Shown one piece after another: positions 27,076-40,229 of a stretch of 64,000 nucleotides of DNA (positions are counted from its first letter, which is position 1; each line of letters starts with the position of its first letter). A program made the position numbers and the translations under genes. The stretch lies in the NCBI GenBank assembly GCA_951406725.2, contig OX597815.1, forward strand, positions 60,698,001 to 60,762,000. Direction: 5' to 3'. The notes under the pieces are model-generated. The model did no database searches, was not told the DNA's origin, and saw only the letters and a program-made list of their open reading frames with translations. This DNA is from Octopus vulgaris (Eukaryota).

Positions 27076-27481
27076 AATAAAGATGTACAAGTGTCAATTC
27101 ATTACGGCCGTTTCAGGCGACCCCTTTAATTGATTAATGAAAACCATTGCAAAGAAACTGTTTTCGTCAGATGACTGCATAGACTTCAAACCAAAGGGAC
27201 AAACCAACTGCTTTAACTTATTCTATCATGAACGGAGCTCACATTTTTGCATTGATTCTGCTGTTATATCTTTGCAGAATAGCAGCAGAATAAATGTAAA
27301 TATTTGAGCTCCGTTGCTGATACGAATATGTTAAAGCACTTGGTTTGTATTTTGAGTTTTAAGTTTATGCAGTCATCTGGCGAAAACGGTTTCTTTGCAA
27401 TGGTGAAATGCTTGCATTAATCAATTAGAGGAGTCGCTTGAAAAGGCTGTAATGAATTGACACTTGTACAGTTTTGTTATT
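27076..27481. repeat. Older imperfect inverted repeat (~195-bp arms, centre ~27273) with a hammerhead-like motif
   Basis: tgtacaagtgtcaattcattac matches gtaatgaattgacacttgtaca. Minus strand 27099-27174 reads tcat-CTGACGA..GAAAC-ggcc-GTA-atga. Confidence 0.9.
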
Positions 27482-27747
27482 CATTTTCTATTTTATTTAC
27501 CTACCCCGGATTCTGCACTTCGGAAATTTTATAGAAAGTATTTTTAAATGTTCATATAAAGTACAAGTCTGAACAACCAAGAGCGGATCTCTTCAATAAG
27601 TTGGGTCGTGTTATCTGCATACACTGCAAGAATATCAAGTGGAAAGACAGAGTTTGATATTCACGTGATATTGTTGGGGTGTGAAAATTAGATCTACCTA
27701 ACAAGGTGCCTCAATTTAAGTACCTAATTCAACTGAATCTGAATTAT

Positions 27748-27814
<67 letters not shown>

Positions 27815-28563
27815 CACACATAAGTTATATAGATATACATGGATACATATACCGATACATATACATACACGCATGTATGAGAGAAAGCCAGAGATTGAGA
27901 GAAAGAGAGAATGAGAAAGGGAGAGAGAGAAGCATGAAGACATAATGAAACAAATGCATACAAATCTCACGCACACATACACCGACACACCAACACACGC
28001 ACAAATATATCAACAAAGATACGCGCGCGCGTACATACACACGCATACACTCACACACACACACATACACACACACACGCACATACATGTCATGACACAC
28101 ATTCACACACACTCACACGTAGTAGTCACATCCGAGATTTATATTTATTTTGTTCCTAAAACGCGAGCTGTAAGCAACACCGCGCCCGTCACTACCTCCC
28201 ACATTCTGCAAATCATCGCGTAATATCGATAATGATTATCGAATAAATCATTGTAAAACAACTTTAGAGTCCGTGTATGCGTCTGTGTGTGTAAATGTAT
28301 GTGTGTGCGTGTGTGTGTGAGTCGTGTCTATGGAGAAGAGCTAGTCTTTCAGACATATATCTTCTAGAAAATATGTGTATATATGTACGAATGAATGTAT
28401 GCATGTGTGCGTACACATACACACATGTACAAACATACATATATACATACATACATACATACATACATACATACATACATACATACATAAGATACGCATT
28501 AAGTATGTATGTATTTGTGTGTATATCTCTATATCTATCTATCTATCTATCTACACACACACG

Positions 28564-28594
<31 letters not shown>

Positions 28595-28680
28595 GCATGC
28601 ACATACACACATATACATATATGCATACATACCATATACAGACACATGCGCACACATAGACTCACATATTTATATGTAAT

Positions 28681-28726
<46 letters not shown>

Positions 28727-28787
28727 TGCATATATATCTTCGGGTCTATATGAATATTCGTATGTGTGTATATGCACACACATAAAT

Positions 28788-28835
<48 letters not shown>

Positions 28836-28851
28836 GTATGTATATGTATAT

Positions 28852-29300
28852 TCTTTTATTGTTCTATACTTTTACTTGTTTCAGTCATTTGAGTAAGGCC
28901 ATGCTGGAGCACCACGTTTAGGACAAATTCTTTGTAAGTCTAGTACTTATTCTATCGAAACCTTAGACCGAACCACTAAGTTACGAGGATATAAACACAC
29001 CAACATCGGTTGTCAAGTGAGCTGGCAGACACGTCAAGCGAGCTGGCAGACACGTTAGCGTGCCGGGCAAAATGCTTAGCGGTATTTCGTCTGTCGTTAC
29101 GTTCTGAGTTCAAATTCCGCCGAGGTCAACTTTGCCTTTCATCCTTTCGGGGTCGATAAATAAAGTACCAGTTTCGCACTGGGGTCGATGTAATCGACTT
29201 AATACCTCTGTCTGTCCTTGTTTGTCCGCTCTGTGTTTAGCTCCTTGTGGGTAGTAAAGAAATAGGTTGTCAAGTGATGGCGCGGGGACAAAGACAGACA
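28852..29300 (-). mobile_element. SINE family A 3' half, interrupted by SINE B
   Basis: Matches the family A tail and resumes after the TSD at 29278. Confidence 0.8.
29021..29264 (+). mobile_element. SINE family B with 13-bp TSD ggttgtcaagtga (29008-29020 / 29265-29277)
   Basis: Direct repeats are visible, with a 21-bp tandem duplication at the 5' junction. Confidence 0.9.
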
Positions 29301-29328
29301 CACATACATACATACATACATACATACA

Positions 29329-29375
<47 letters not shown>

Positions 29376-29824
29376 TGCAATGTTTTTCTTTTATGTTGTA
29401 TCATTGTAGATATCCCTATGTCTGCATATTTGTGTTTGTGTTTGCGTGAATATACGTATATGTACTACATTCAGGAATATCGATCTATCTATCTATCAAT
29501 CCATCGATTTATAAGTAACTCAGTATATATTTATCTTATTTATATCTACAGATGTATATACTTCTATACATACTTGCACCAAAACACATACATATATTTA
29601 TAAATAGCTATTTGCACTCACACCCACACACATGCACACATGTATGTATGGATAGACGGATGGTTGTACGTGCCTACGTTTGTAGGCATGTATGTACACA
29701 AATTCACCCACCTTCCCTCATATATACATATATATATATATATATATCATACATACGTACATACACACACACACACACACACATATGTTATATATATATA
29801 TGTGTGTGTGTGCGTGTTTGTGTG

Positions 29825-29859
<35 letters not shown>

Positions 29860-30329
29860 TGCATTGCGTATCTTTATTTTATTCATGATTTTGTAACTCT
29901 GTCTGTCATGTCTGTCTGTCGCTCTCTCTCTCTATCTCTCTCGCTGTTTCTTTCTGTCTCACTGTCTCTGTTTTCCTCTCTCTCCCACATTTCTCTGTCT
30001 CTCTCCCTATATTTTTCTATTTATCTTGTCCTTACTGCCTGTCTGTCTCTCTTATCGCATTGTTGTCTTGTATGGAGGTCTGATGCAGTATACGATATCG
30101 AGATACAAGCACTGTCTATTAAAGTGCCTATCGACTATAAGCAGCAATATGAGATTGACTATACAGACAGGCAGACATGCGGAAATGTATAGGTCTCTCT
30201 GCTGTCGTCCACTCAAGCACTCTCCCACTGTAGTTGCTCTCCTTTCACTATTCACACTTGCTTGTGTGCATGTATTTCTATATATATTTGTATATATCAT
30301 TGAAATTTATAGAAAAACAATACACCAGT

Positions 30330-30480
30330 ACAGGTGAAGGAACAACAAGCAAGTGTATTAGTTTGACGCTGAGGAAAAATGAAAACATCCTTTACGTTTC
30401 GAGCCTTTTCAAGAGAAAAGAATAAGAGAAAATAAAAGGAGAGAGAATGAAAAAAATATGTAGAGTTCAGCAGTTCAACA
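30330..30480 (-). mobile_element. Diverged PLE terminal fragment
   Basis: tgtattagtttgacgct..tttacgtttcgagcc resembles 36880-36950; hammerhead core decayed. Confidence 0.55.
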
Positions 30481-30601
30481 ACGTGGGTGTAGGTATATTT
30501 GTATATATACATATATGTGTATGAGTGTGCCTGTGTATGTATGTGTGTATGTGCGTGTGTGTGTGTGTGTATTTATATATATATATGTGTGTATATATAT
30601 A

Positions 30602-30734
30602 GGCGCAGTCGTAGCTGTGTGGTAAAATGATTGCTTCCCAGCCACATGGTTCCTTGAGCAAGAGTCTTCTATAGCCTCGGGATGTCCAAAGCCATGTGAA
30701 AGAATTTGGTAGAAAAAACTGAAAGAAGCCCGTC

Positions 30735-30736
<2 letters not shown>
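30602..30736 (+). mobile_element. SINE family A head, internally deleted
   Basis: Matches 22317-22480. Confidence 0.75.
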
Positions 30737-30774
<38 letters not shown>

Positions 30775-30861
30775 GTATGTATATATACACATAAACATAC
30801 ATATATATGTGTATGTATATGTGTGCTCATGCGTGTTTAACGCTTGGGAAGGTGAGAAAGT

Positions 30862-30897
30862 CTTTTACGTTTCGAGCCTAAGCTCTTCAACAGAAAG
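30862..30897 (-). ncRNA. Minimal hammerhead variant (CUGUUGA core) in a PLE tip
   Basis: cttt-CTGTTGA-a-gagc(ttag)gctc-GAAAC-GTA-aaag. Confidence 0.6.
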
Positions 30898-30907
30898 GAA
30901 CACGAAT

Positions 30908-30942
<35 letters not shown>

Positions 30943-31719
30943 AACCTCTACATTTGTACACACAGGCACATGTATACATACATTCACTCGCACGCACGTA
31001 CACACACACGCACACACACACACATTTACATATATATACAATACACGCACACACACACATGCACACGTACAAACACACACAAATTCACATACACACCGAT
31101 ACATATACATACACACAATATATACCTACATGCGCACGCACACATACACATACGTACACACATATAGACACAGACACACACCCACAAAAACATGCGCACA
31201 CAGTTATACATACACGCACACAATTATTCATACATATATATACACACACACGCACGTACAAGCACACACGCACACATACACTAAGTTAAGCACAGTTATT
31301 CGCCACACACCCAAACTCTACGCATACACACACGAACACACACATACACACACACACTACAAACAAAACACACACGATACATATACATACACGCACACAC
31401 ACATACTTCCTTGTTCTGACCTGTGGCTGGGACACAAAAAACACCACTCCTTATTCTTACAAACTGGCCAGCTACTAGCCTGTTGTTTGCAGCCACAACC
31501 ATACACACATACACACACACACGCACACACACACACACACACACACGTGTCATCATTGCACACATGAACACACACGCGCACACGCGGACCTCCGCGCACG
31601 CACACATCCACACACATTCCCCCTCCTACATTCCTTGTCTTTGACATATTACCATACTGTCTTTGAACACTCTTCTGTCTTTGAAAACAATCTTCTTCAC
31701 CCTTTCTACTTCCGGTCTT

Positions 31720-31930
31720 TCAAAATGTGACCTGGTGTGTGTACCGTTGGCGATTATTTTTCCTCTGTCTTCCCTTCTCGGGATCTTTCCTTCTCCTATG
31801 TTTCCGACGAAGAACTCCGCTCGGAACGTTAAACCCTCCTTCTTCCCTTCTTTCCTGGGCGTCCAATAATACTATATTTGTTCCACGAACTCGCGTTGTT
31901 GTGTCTTTTTGTGATTTCTTGTTTGGATTA

Positions 31931-31935
<5 letters not shown>
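31720..31935 (+). mobile_element. PLE terminal fragment, same family as 1-170, with mutated hammerhead core
   Basis: gtttCCGACGAagaactccgctcGGAACGTTaaac; ends at (TA)n. Confidence 0.75.
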
Positions 31936-31965
<30 letters not shown>

Positions 31966-32024
31966 GTGTGTGTATGTATTTATATCTATATATCTATATC
32001 TATAGCTATATCTGTATCTATCTA

Positions 32025-33125
<1,101 letters not shown>

Positions 33126-33149
33126 CATACTTACATACATTATACATCT

Positions 33150-33342
33150 CTCTTTTATCTTTTACTTGTTTCAGTCATTCGACTGCTAAGGCCACTCCCG
33201 TGAAGGGTCTTTTCGAACAAATCTACTCGGGAACTCATTTTTTCTAAGCCTGATACTTATTCAATCGGCGTCTTTTTGCCGAATCGTGAAGTTACAGGGA
33301 CGTAAACAAATCAACACCGGTTGCCAAGCGGTAGGGGACAAA
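33150..33342 (-). mobile_element. SINE family A 3' half, diverged
   Basis: cttttacttgtttcagtcatt.. tail. Confidence 0.7.
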
Positions 33343-33869
33343 CGCGCGCGCACACACACATCCATATAATGTATGTATGTATGTATGTATGTATGTATAT
33401 ATATATATATATATATTTAATTTATAGATGAGAGACAGATAGTCTCCGTGTAGAACACACTTCGTAGTGCTTAAGAGGTTTAAACTCGGGCAGGTAGAGG
33501 AGTGAATGTAAGGATAAGGAAGTTAGGTAAATCGATATACAAAATATATTAAATACATTTATACCAAAGAAGTACATATGTTTACATATTAAAAGGTCCG
33601 ACTTACACAGAATCGAAATGATTATTTTGGTCCACCAAGCCCCTAGAAACTGCTGTTGGACTCATAAAACTTTTATTCAAAACCTTTTTTAATTCCTATC
33701 TTTTGCCTAGCTTGTTTATCCTTACATTTAATCCTATTATTTATTTTTATACCTTTTGCGATGTTATTATGTTTTATAATATATTTTATTTTTTATTTAT
33801 GATTTGGTTTATGTCTATCATTGTTTGAATTGCATAATAATGGTTTTTTTCTTTAATTTATATATATAT

Positions 33870-35930
33870 ATATCAGAGTTGTTTATATCGTATGTTTGGG
33901 AATACTGCTGTGACTTTGTACACTTTCCAAAGGCCCCTTATGTGGTCTATTTCATTTGGTAGGCGGGATTTCATATAACCCACTCTTGCTTGTGCCTTGA
34001 TCTTGGTTGTTGGCTCATTTGGTATATGATGGAGTCTGACACCACTCACTTCATCTGTACTTCATGTTGGGATGCTGATTCATCTGTTATTGTGGATAGG
34101 AGAATGTCCAGTTCCTTTTTGAAGACACCCACATACACATTTTGTAGGCTTCTTAGTGGTTTTGGCAGAACATTGAAGAGCTTTGCGCCTTTGAACTACA
34201 GGCAATTGCAGTGCCTAGTCCTCACTTTAGCTTGAGTGGACGGTAACTCTGATATTACGCAAATGCGCCCAGGTTAAGTGTTTCTGTAACTCTTGATGCC
34301 AAAGTTAGGTGCTAGCCCTTCTAGAATTTTCCCCATGTAAATTATTGCTTATCTTTCGCTCATGTCGAGTAAAGTCGTAGTTTTTTCAACCTCTCCCAGT
34401 AGTTCGTCCGTTGCAGTGTAGTAGCGTTGGATCGCTTCAAGCTCTGTTGTTAGTTTGACACGATGCAGTAATCACAGCTGAAAGCAGTAGTTTAAGCGGC
34501 TGAGAACAAAGGTCTTCACCGGTTCAACATTCCTTCTTGGTCACTTGTCCTGAAAGAGTTTTGTATTCCTTATGTTAATTGTCTGCTCTTTGTTGCTATC
34601 TTGCTAATGTGCATATGAAATGATGCATCATTACACATACTGATCTCCAAGTCTCTCACTGTCTATGGCTCTGGAATTGCAGTACCTTCGATTCCTGTGT
34701 GTACAGATTGTAGCACATTTATAAGCTGATAGCATACTGCTTCAAATTTTCCAGCATTAAACTGTATGTTGTTTTGTTCAGCTCACTTGTATATTGCTTT
34801 TAGACCCTGCAACAAACTTGCGTCATCGTCAGGGTTGTTTATTGCTTGTGATTATTTTGACAATGGTTGTCTGAGTGATCATGGGCATGTCTAAGAGAGC
34901 TGCTATAAACAGTGTCACGCTTATTGTTGCCTGTTTCGTTAATGTAGCAGGTTGTTTGTTGGTGCTTGAATTATTGAATGAAAATATGTTTCTTAACCGC
35001 GTAAATAAATAATTGAACTACACCTGCAAGCATTTAAGAAAAGTATTTATTGTCACATACAAAGACAATTTGCGTTGGGTATTTACAGTTAACAACAGCG
35101 ATAATTATTGACTGGGAAAGAGATACTGCTCTAGAATTACAAAACGCTAATGGTGTGACAGTAGTCTAAGCGGTTAGCCCAACATATCTGAAATTAACTG
35201 CATTATCTTCGTGGCGACGGTGGTTCTTGGTCCTTTGACCTCGGGCATTACTGTCTGCCTGGAAAGAATGGAGACACATTTCGCTCAGCTGCCTCAACAT
35301 TTTGCAAAGAGTTTAGCGCCAAAACGGATTTTATAGGGTACAAGAAGAGGATTCTAGAAGGTTAAATCACGCCATAGCTTGACGCTGGCTGGTTGCTTAA
35401 TAGACCGATCACGTGAAAATATTGCTGTTCGGTGGTGATGTCTGGCCAGCTACCTAGCGATTTGGCTTCGAATCACCGCTATAACCACAATGGACCCCAA
35501 GACAGTTCCCTGGAGAAATCTACTTAAAATTTGTGTTTCTCTAGAGAGGGCATTATTGGCTGCAACTGCCTGGCTACCATCTTTTAAGGTGACACATAGG
35601 AACACTCCCAGTTTACCAGATATGCCAAGGTCTCGCAGCTTTTGTCATATCATGCCATGGTCCACCTTGTAAAAGGTCTTTGCGAAATCAAGAGACACCA
35701 CATCAACATTCAAATGGCCGACCAGTCATAGTGCCGTAAGAGCAACTTCTTCCCTACAGAAACCATGCTGAGTATTGTTTAGCAAACCATTTTCTTTTAG
35801 GAACGTTATCAGTTTCTTTCTGACGATTCGTTCCATGATTATATCGATATGTAAAACCGGAAAGATAGGCCTGTAGTTTTTAGCTTCTGCTTTTAAGGGT
35901 AGAGCATATGATGCCTTTGTAAGCTGTTTA
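33870..35930 (-). mobile_element. CR1/L2-type LINE RT relic with a ~570-bp internal insertion
   Basis: NYRPI, QHGF, DVVSLDFAKTFYKVDH, SQGTVLG and DDASL on the minus strand, with stops. Confidence 0.8.
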
Positions 35931-36337
35931 GAAAGGTCGAGCTGGTAGACCTTAACGTAGACGAAATGGAACCATAAACGAGTATTCTATTAATAATAAG
36001 TGTAACATAAGTAATTGATGGAAAATATGTATGTTCTTGCCTCTCCAGCCTTCAACATCCCAGAAAAATTTTCCAACTTAGAAATGGGAAAATAAATAAA
36101 TAAATAAACTTAGAAGTGACTCTCTCCCCTTAAGCACATGCATTCTTTCTTCCTCTCTCTTTCTCTCTCTCCTATATCCCACTGTCATTATAGCTAACTC
36201 CAGCGACCAGAACATATGTACACATACAAGCACACACACACACACACGAGCGAATAACTATATGTGCATATATTTACATAATACGTATACATACGTGTGT
36301 GTGTGTATGTGTGTCTGTGTGTGCGTGTGTATGTGTG

Positions 36338-36399
<62 letters not shown>

Positions 36400-36446
36400 T
36401 AAATACATAATACATACATACATACATACATACATACATACATACA

Positions 36447-36515
<69 letters not shown>

Positions 36516-36520
<5 letters not shown>

Positions 36521-36777
36521 TAAATAAATGGTACAACGAAGCACCGATATTTACTGGAAAATAGCGAACGTAATAAATACGACGCTAATGTATAGCTTCA
36601 CTGCGTATGTACTAGTAAAGATGCGTGTGTGCAACAAACATGAAAAAAATTGTCTTACCTCTAGGAAGAACATCTGAAAAATGAAAAACCTAAATAACGG
36701 ATTATGCAGTACCGGTTTCGGATTTTTCAAATACGATTGCCAAACGTATATTTGATTTATCCTCATCAGCTGCATAA

Positions 36778-36781
<4 letters not shown>
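36516..36781 (-). mobile_element. ~265-bp (TA)n-flanked non-coding element carrying a canonical hammerhead
   Basis: Non-microsatellite sequence between two (TA)n tracts, with the ribozyme at its 5' end. Confidence 0.7.
36702..36777 (-). ncRNA. Canonical type I hammerhead ribozyme
   Basis: ttatgcag-CTGATGA-ggat..(inner hairpin)..atcc-GAAAC-cg-GTA-ctgcataa: 8-bp stem I, G10.1:C11.1, palindromic ACCGGT stem III, GUA site. Confidence 0.9.
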
Positions 36782-36822
<41 letters not shown>

Positions 36823-36826
<4 letters not shown>

Positions 36827-38860
36827 AGAGTTCACGAAAAAAACAAAAGACGAAGACAGGTGGTGTACAAAACAAACAGATGTATTAGTATAACGCTCAG
36901 GAATAGAAAAAGCCTTTTAGGTTTTGAGCCTACGCTCTTCTACAGAAAGGGACACAGATAAAAACAAGGAGAGAAAAAATGTGTGTAGTGGCTAACGATC
37001 TATCATGGCGACTGACTGCCGGACAGAAGGGTCAAACAGGAGAGCGAAGAAGTAGGGGAGATAACAGTAAAGATAACCCCCAGCACGAAGGCGCGTGTGT
37101 GTATAAGAGAGTATGTATGTGCGTGTGAAAAAGGGCTGGTGGTCTGGACGTGTGCGTGTATGTATGTGTAGGTGTGGAAAAAGTGGGGATGGGAATTGGT
37201 CAGTGCTGGTGTGTGGGTGGTGTGTCGTGATGCGATGTGTAATGTTGTATGGTGTAGTGTGATGTGATGTGATGTTGTTGGAAGATGGGGGAAGCGAGAG
37301 TAGGGAAAGGTAGAGATGGGGTATGTGGGTAGGCAGAGGGTGGGGTTAGAGGTGGGGTAGAGATGGGAGTAGGAATGTGTAGGGGATAGGATAGGAGGAT
37401 GGGATGAGAGGGAGGGGAAGGATAGGGAAGGTGGGAAAAGAATGTGCAGGATGGGGTGGGATTATGGGGGGGACAATAAAGGGGAAGGGGAAGGTGGGTA
37501 TGTGAGGAGAGAGAGCAAGAGAGAAGAGAGAAAGAGAGTAAGAGAGAAGAGAGAAAGAGAGAAGAGAGAAGGAGAGTAATAGAGAAGAGGGAAAGAGAAT
37601 ATGGGTGAAGAGAAGGAGTGAAGAGAAGCAGGAGACGGGACTAGAAAGGAGAGTTGGGTGGGAGAAAGTAGGAGGAAGGAGGGGGAGAGAGGAAACGGGG
37701 GAGGTTAAATGAAGAGGGGGGAGTTGAGCCCAAATGGCGTAAATGAGCGAAGAGAGAAGATTAATCTCTGTACACAGCGCAAACGGGAGTCAGGATGGCC
37801 TATGTGCAAGGACAATCCGAACACGGACAGGTGTTGCAAAGAGTGACCGGTAGAACGGAAATGTCGTGAGACCGGGGTGTCATTGCCGAGGCGGATGTCT
37901 CGGAGGTGTTCCGCGAACCGGTCAGCCAAGCGGCGTCCCGTTTGTCTGATGTACAGGGAATGGCAGAGAGAGCAAGAGATGCAATAGATGATATTGGTGG
38001 AGGTACAGGTGAAGGAGTCGGTGATGCGATAAGGTCGATGATGGGTGCCCGTGAGGAGGGTAGTGCTGGAGAGGTAAGGGCAAGTGCGGCAGCGTGGGCA
38101 GGAGCAGGGGAACGAGCCAGGATGCGAGGTAGGTTTGGGGAAGAAGCTGTGGTTGTGGGCTCGTTTGAAGGAGGGGAGGGGTCGGTTTGGGAAGATGTGC
38201 GAAGTGGACGGGTCGGACTGGAGATGCCGAAAAGCTCGGAGAATGATGCGTTGGAGAGGTAGGGTGGTGGGATGGTAGGTGCGGGGAAAAGGGAGGCGGG
38301 AGACTGCAGGGCGGGTCGGAGGGAGTGCGCAGATGCACGGTCCACAGAACGTGCTCTGGCAAGGGCGGTGTGGATAGAGGTGAGGGGATATCCACGTAGG
38401 ATGAAGTGGCGAGCCATGAGTTGAGACTGAGTCTCAAAGTCATGGTCATCACTACAGAGTCTGCGTAGACGGAGGAATTGGGAATAGGGGATGGAAAGCT
38501 TGGTGTGTTTGGGGTGGGAGGAGGAGAAGTTGATGTATGAATGTGAGTCTGTGTATTTGTAGTGGATGGAAGTGGTAAGAGTGGAGTGATGAATGCTGAC
38601 CGAAATGTCAAGAAAGAAGACAGATGTGTCAGAGATAGTGCAGGAGAAGTGGAGGGTAGGATGGAGAGATTTGATAAAAGAGAGGAAGGAGTTCGTGGGA
38701 GAGTGAGGTTGCACCGATACAGTCGTCAATATAACGGCCATATATTTCGGGAGTGGGACCAGTGAAACTAGAGAATATTTGGGCCTCAACATAGCCAACG
38801 AACAGGTTCGCATAGTTGGGGCCCATTCTTGTTCCCATGACCACTCCCGAGGGCTGCTGG
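36823..38860 (-). mobile_element. Penelope-like element, 5'-truncated (RT C-terminal half, GIY-YIG endonuclease, 3' terminus)
   Basis: MGTRMGPNYANLF, RYIDD, FLDI, SSSHPKH..IPYSQFLRLRRLCS and IIYCISC..YIRQTGRRLADRFAEH, frameshifted. Hammerhead-like motif at 36914-36949; ends at (TA)n. Confidence 0.93.
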
Positions 38861-38971
38861 TATATATCAATAATAATAAAGGGTAAAATTTATTAATTAA
38901 TCAATAATTGATAATTTTACGAAGTACTTCGGCATGTTAAAAGAACCATTATCGGTAAACTTAAACAAACA

Positions 38972-39400
38972 TTTTTATAATTATGAGTATAAATGGCGGT
39001 GCCCCAGCATGGCCACAGCTCATAAGCTGAAACTGGAAAAATCAAAAATCAAAAATCAAAATAATTATGATTAGCGTTCAGCAAAAAATTTGCTTCACCA
39101 CATACCGAAATTTAGAAATAGCAGTTAAAACTAGCTATTTCTCTACCATAAGAAAATCTCCCAGACAACAATACTCAACAACCCATGTAGGCATAGAGAA
39201 AAAATAACGAATTCACCCGGCTTTGATTAATTGTAGACGCGTTTCGGAGTTAGATAAATGTAAAGAATTAGTATTGGTGCCTGGGAGATTTTCTTATGGT
39301 AGAGAAATATGTAGTTTTGGCTGCTATTTCTAAATTTCGGTATGTGGTAAAGGAAATATTTTGCTGTACCCTAATTATAATTATACTCCTAATTATAAAA

Positions 39401-39401
<1 letters not shown>
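38972..39401. repeat. Inverted repeat (~130-bp arms, ~95-bp loop); left arm interrupted by a 68-bp retro-insertion
   Basis: accacataccgaaatttagaaatagcag matches ctgctatttctaaatttcggtatgtggt. Insert 38993-39060 has an (aaaatc)n tail. Confidence 0.85.
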
Positions 39402-39448
<47 letters not shown>

Positions 39449-39883
39449 TGCATACATACAAGCATATATGTACGTACCGACATCTACATGTATATATACA
39501 TGCATATATAAATATATATACGTACAGGAGACCACAAAAAGACGTAAAAATCAACAGAAACGAAAACGGAAGGCCATTTTGTTACAACAGAAGGACAGAG
39601 ACGTGGAACAAGACGAAAACGAAAACGGGAAAAATTTTATGTACAGCAGAAAAACGAGGTACAGGACATGCTGCACAAGGAAAAATCCCCTTCATCAGCA
39701 GTCGCTATCAGACATAGCGTGTTTCGAAGGCAAGACAGGACACGTCTGGCCATGCTAGGCCTCCCTACGAGAGAATTTTATTTATTACACTATTGTCTGA
39801 CAGCGCCTCGCGTCGGGTTCGTTTGAATTTTCGATTTTTCGAATTCTCACTTCGTTCCGTCTCTTTCCTCCCAGTTTGTTTTA

Positions 39884-39932
<49 letters not shown>

Positions 39933-39939
39933 TATTCGC

Positions 39940-40086
39940 TAAGTGGTAAGTAGCTTGCTTACCAACCATATAGTTCCATGTTCAGTCCCACTGCGCACCT
40001 TAGGCAAGTGTCTTCTACTTTACCCTCGGGCCGATCAAAGCCTTGTAAGTGGATTTGGTAGACGGAAATTGAAAGAAGCCCGTCGT
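39940..40086 (+). mobile_element. SINE family A head
   Basis: Matches 22330-22480. Confidence 0.8.
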
Positions 40087-40229
40087 ATATATATATATAT
40101 ATATATAGTGCTAGTCATATGTGTATATATATATGTGTACATATTACATGTACATCTCTATATATATACATCTACACATAAAATACAAAATACAAAATAT
40201 CGCTAGTGATAACAATACTCAAAATATAT

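Noticed and set aside
39690-39732. Permuted (type II-like) hammerhead on the minus strand: ccttc-GAAAC...CTGATGA-agggg
   Set aside because: No proper stem III or UH site, and stem I does not abut the core; a canonical fold could not be built.
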